A stretch of DNA of 7,327 nucleotides, taken from positions 1 to 7,327 of the forward strand of contig NW_021828902.1 of assembly GCF_006345805.1 (NCBI RefSeq). Reading direction: 5' to 3'. The stretch is from Octopus sinensis (Eukaryota). Within the stretch, counting starts at the first letter, position 1, and every line of letters begins with the position of its first letter. The translations under genes were made by a program, and so were the position numbers. Positions 7,254 through 7,327 of this stretch are shown here, one piece after another. The notes beneath the pieces were generated by a model, which saw only the letters and a program-made list of their open reading frames with translations, was not told the DNA's origin and searched no databases.

Positions 7254-7327
7254 CGAGGTTAACGCAGACATTTCATCTTCTTTGGGATGGATGGATGACT
7301 GACCAGTTAGTTTCTGGAGTCGATAAA
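7254..7327 (+). mobile_element. Old degenerate SINE core of the same family, running off the window end
   Basis: Motifs in family order: CGAGGT (7254), TTTCATC (7271), GGG, ACCAGT-5nt-TCTGG (7302-7317), AGTCGAT. A possible decayed head begins near 7151. Confidence 0.55.

Overview
Non-coding, repeat-saturated eukaryotic DNA. The SINE sequence and microsatellite density resemble Octopus genomes; this is from recollection, not a search. Most of the window is microsatellite: TA/GA/GATA/GACA/CA blocks, a ~0.9 kb (TATG)n, a ~1 kb (CAC)n with a higher-order unit, (ATT)n and (CAT)n. No ORF in the track is a credible gene. The informative part is a 1.56 kb island (2920-4482) built almost wholly of related tRNA-derived SINE copies in both orientations, sharing one head and core but carrying three different 3' tails. 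The best signal is a head-less module with tail 'C' that sits twice at the same nucleotide inside a host SINE, between its A and B boxes. It is flanked by perfect direct repeats of 15 bp and 79 bp that carry variants not seen in the other readable copies. This suggests a site-specific, SINE-targeting retroposon that borrows its host's Pol III promoter and swaps its tail.
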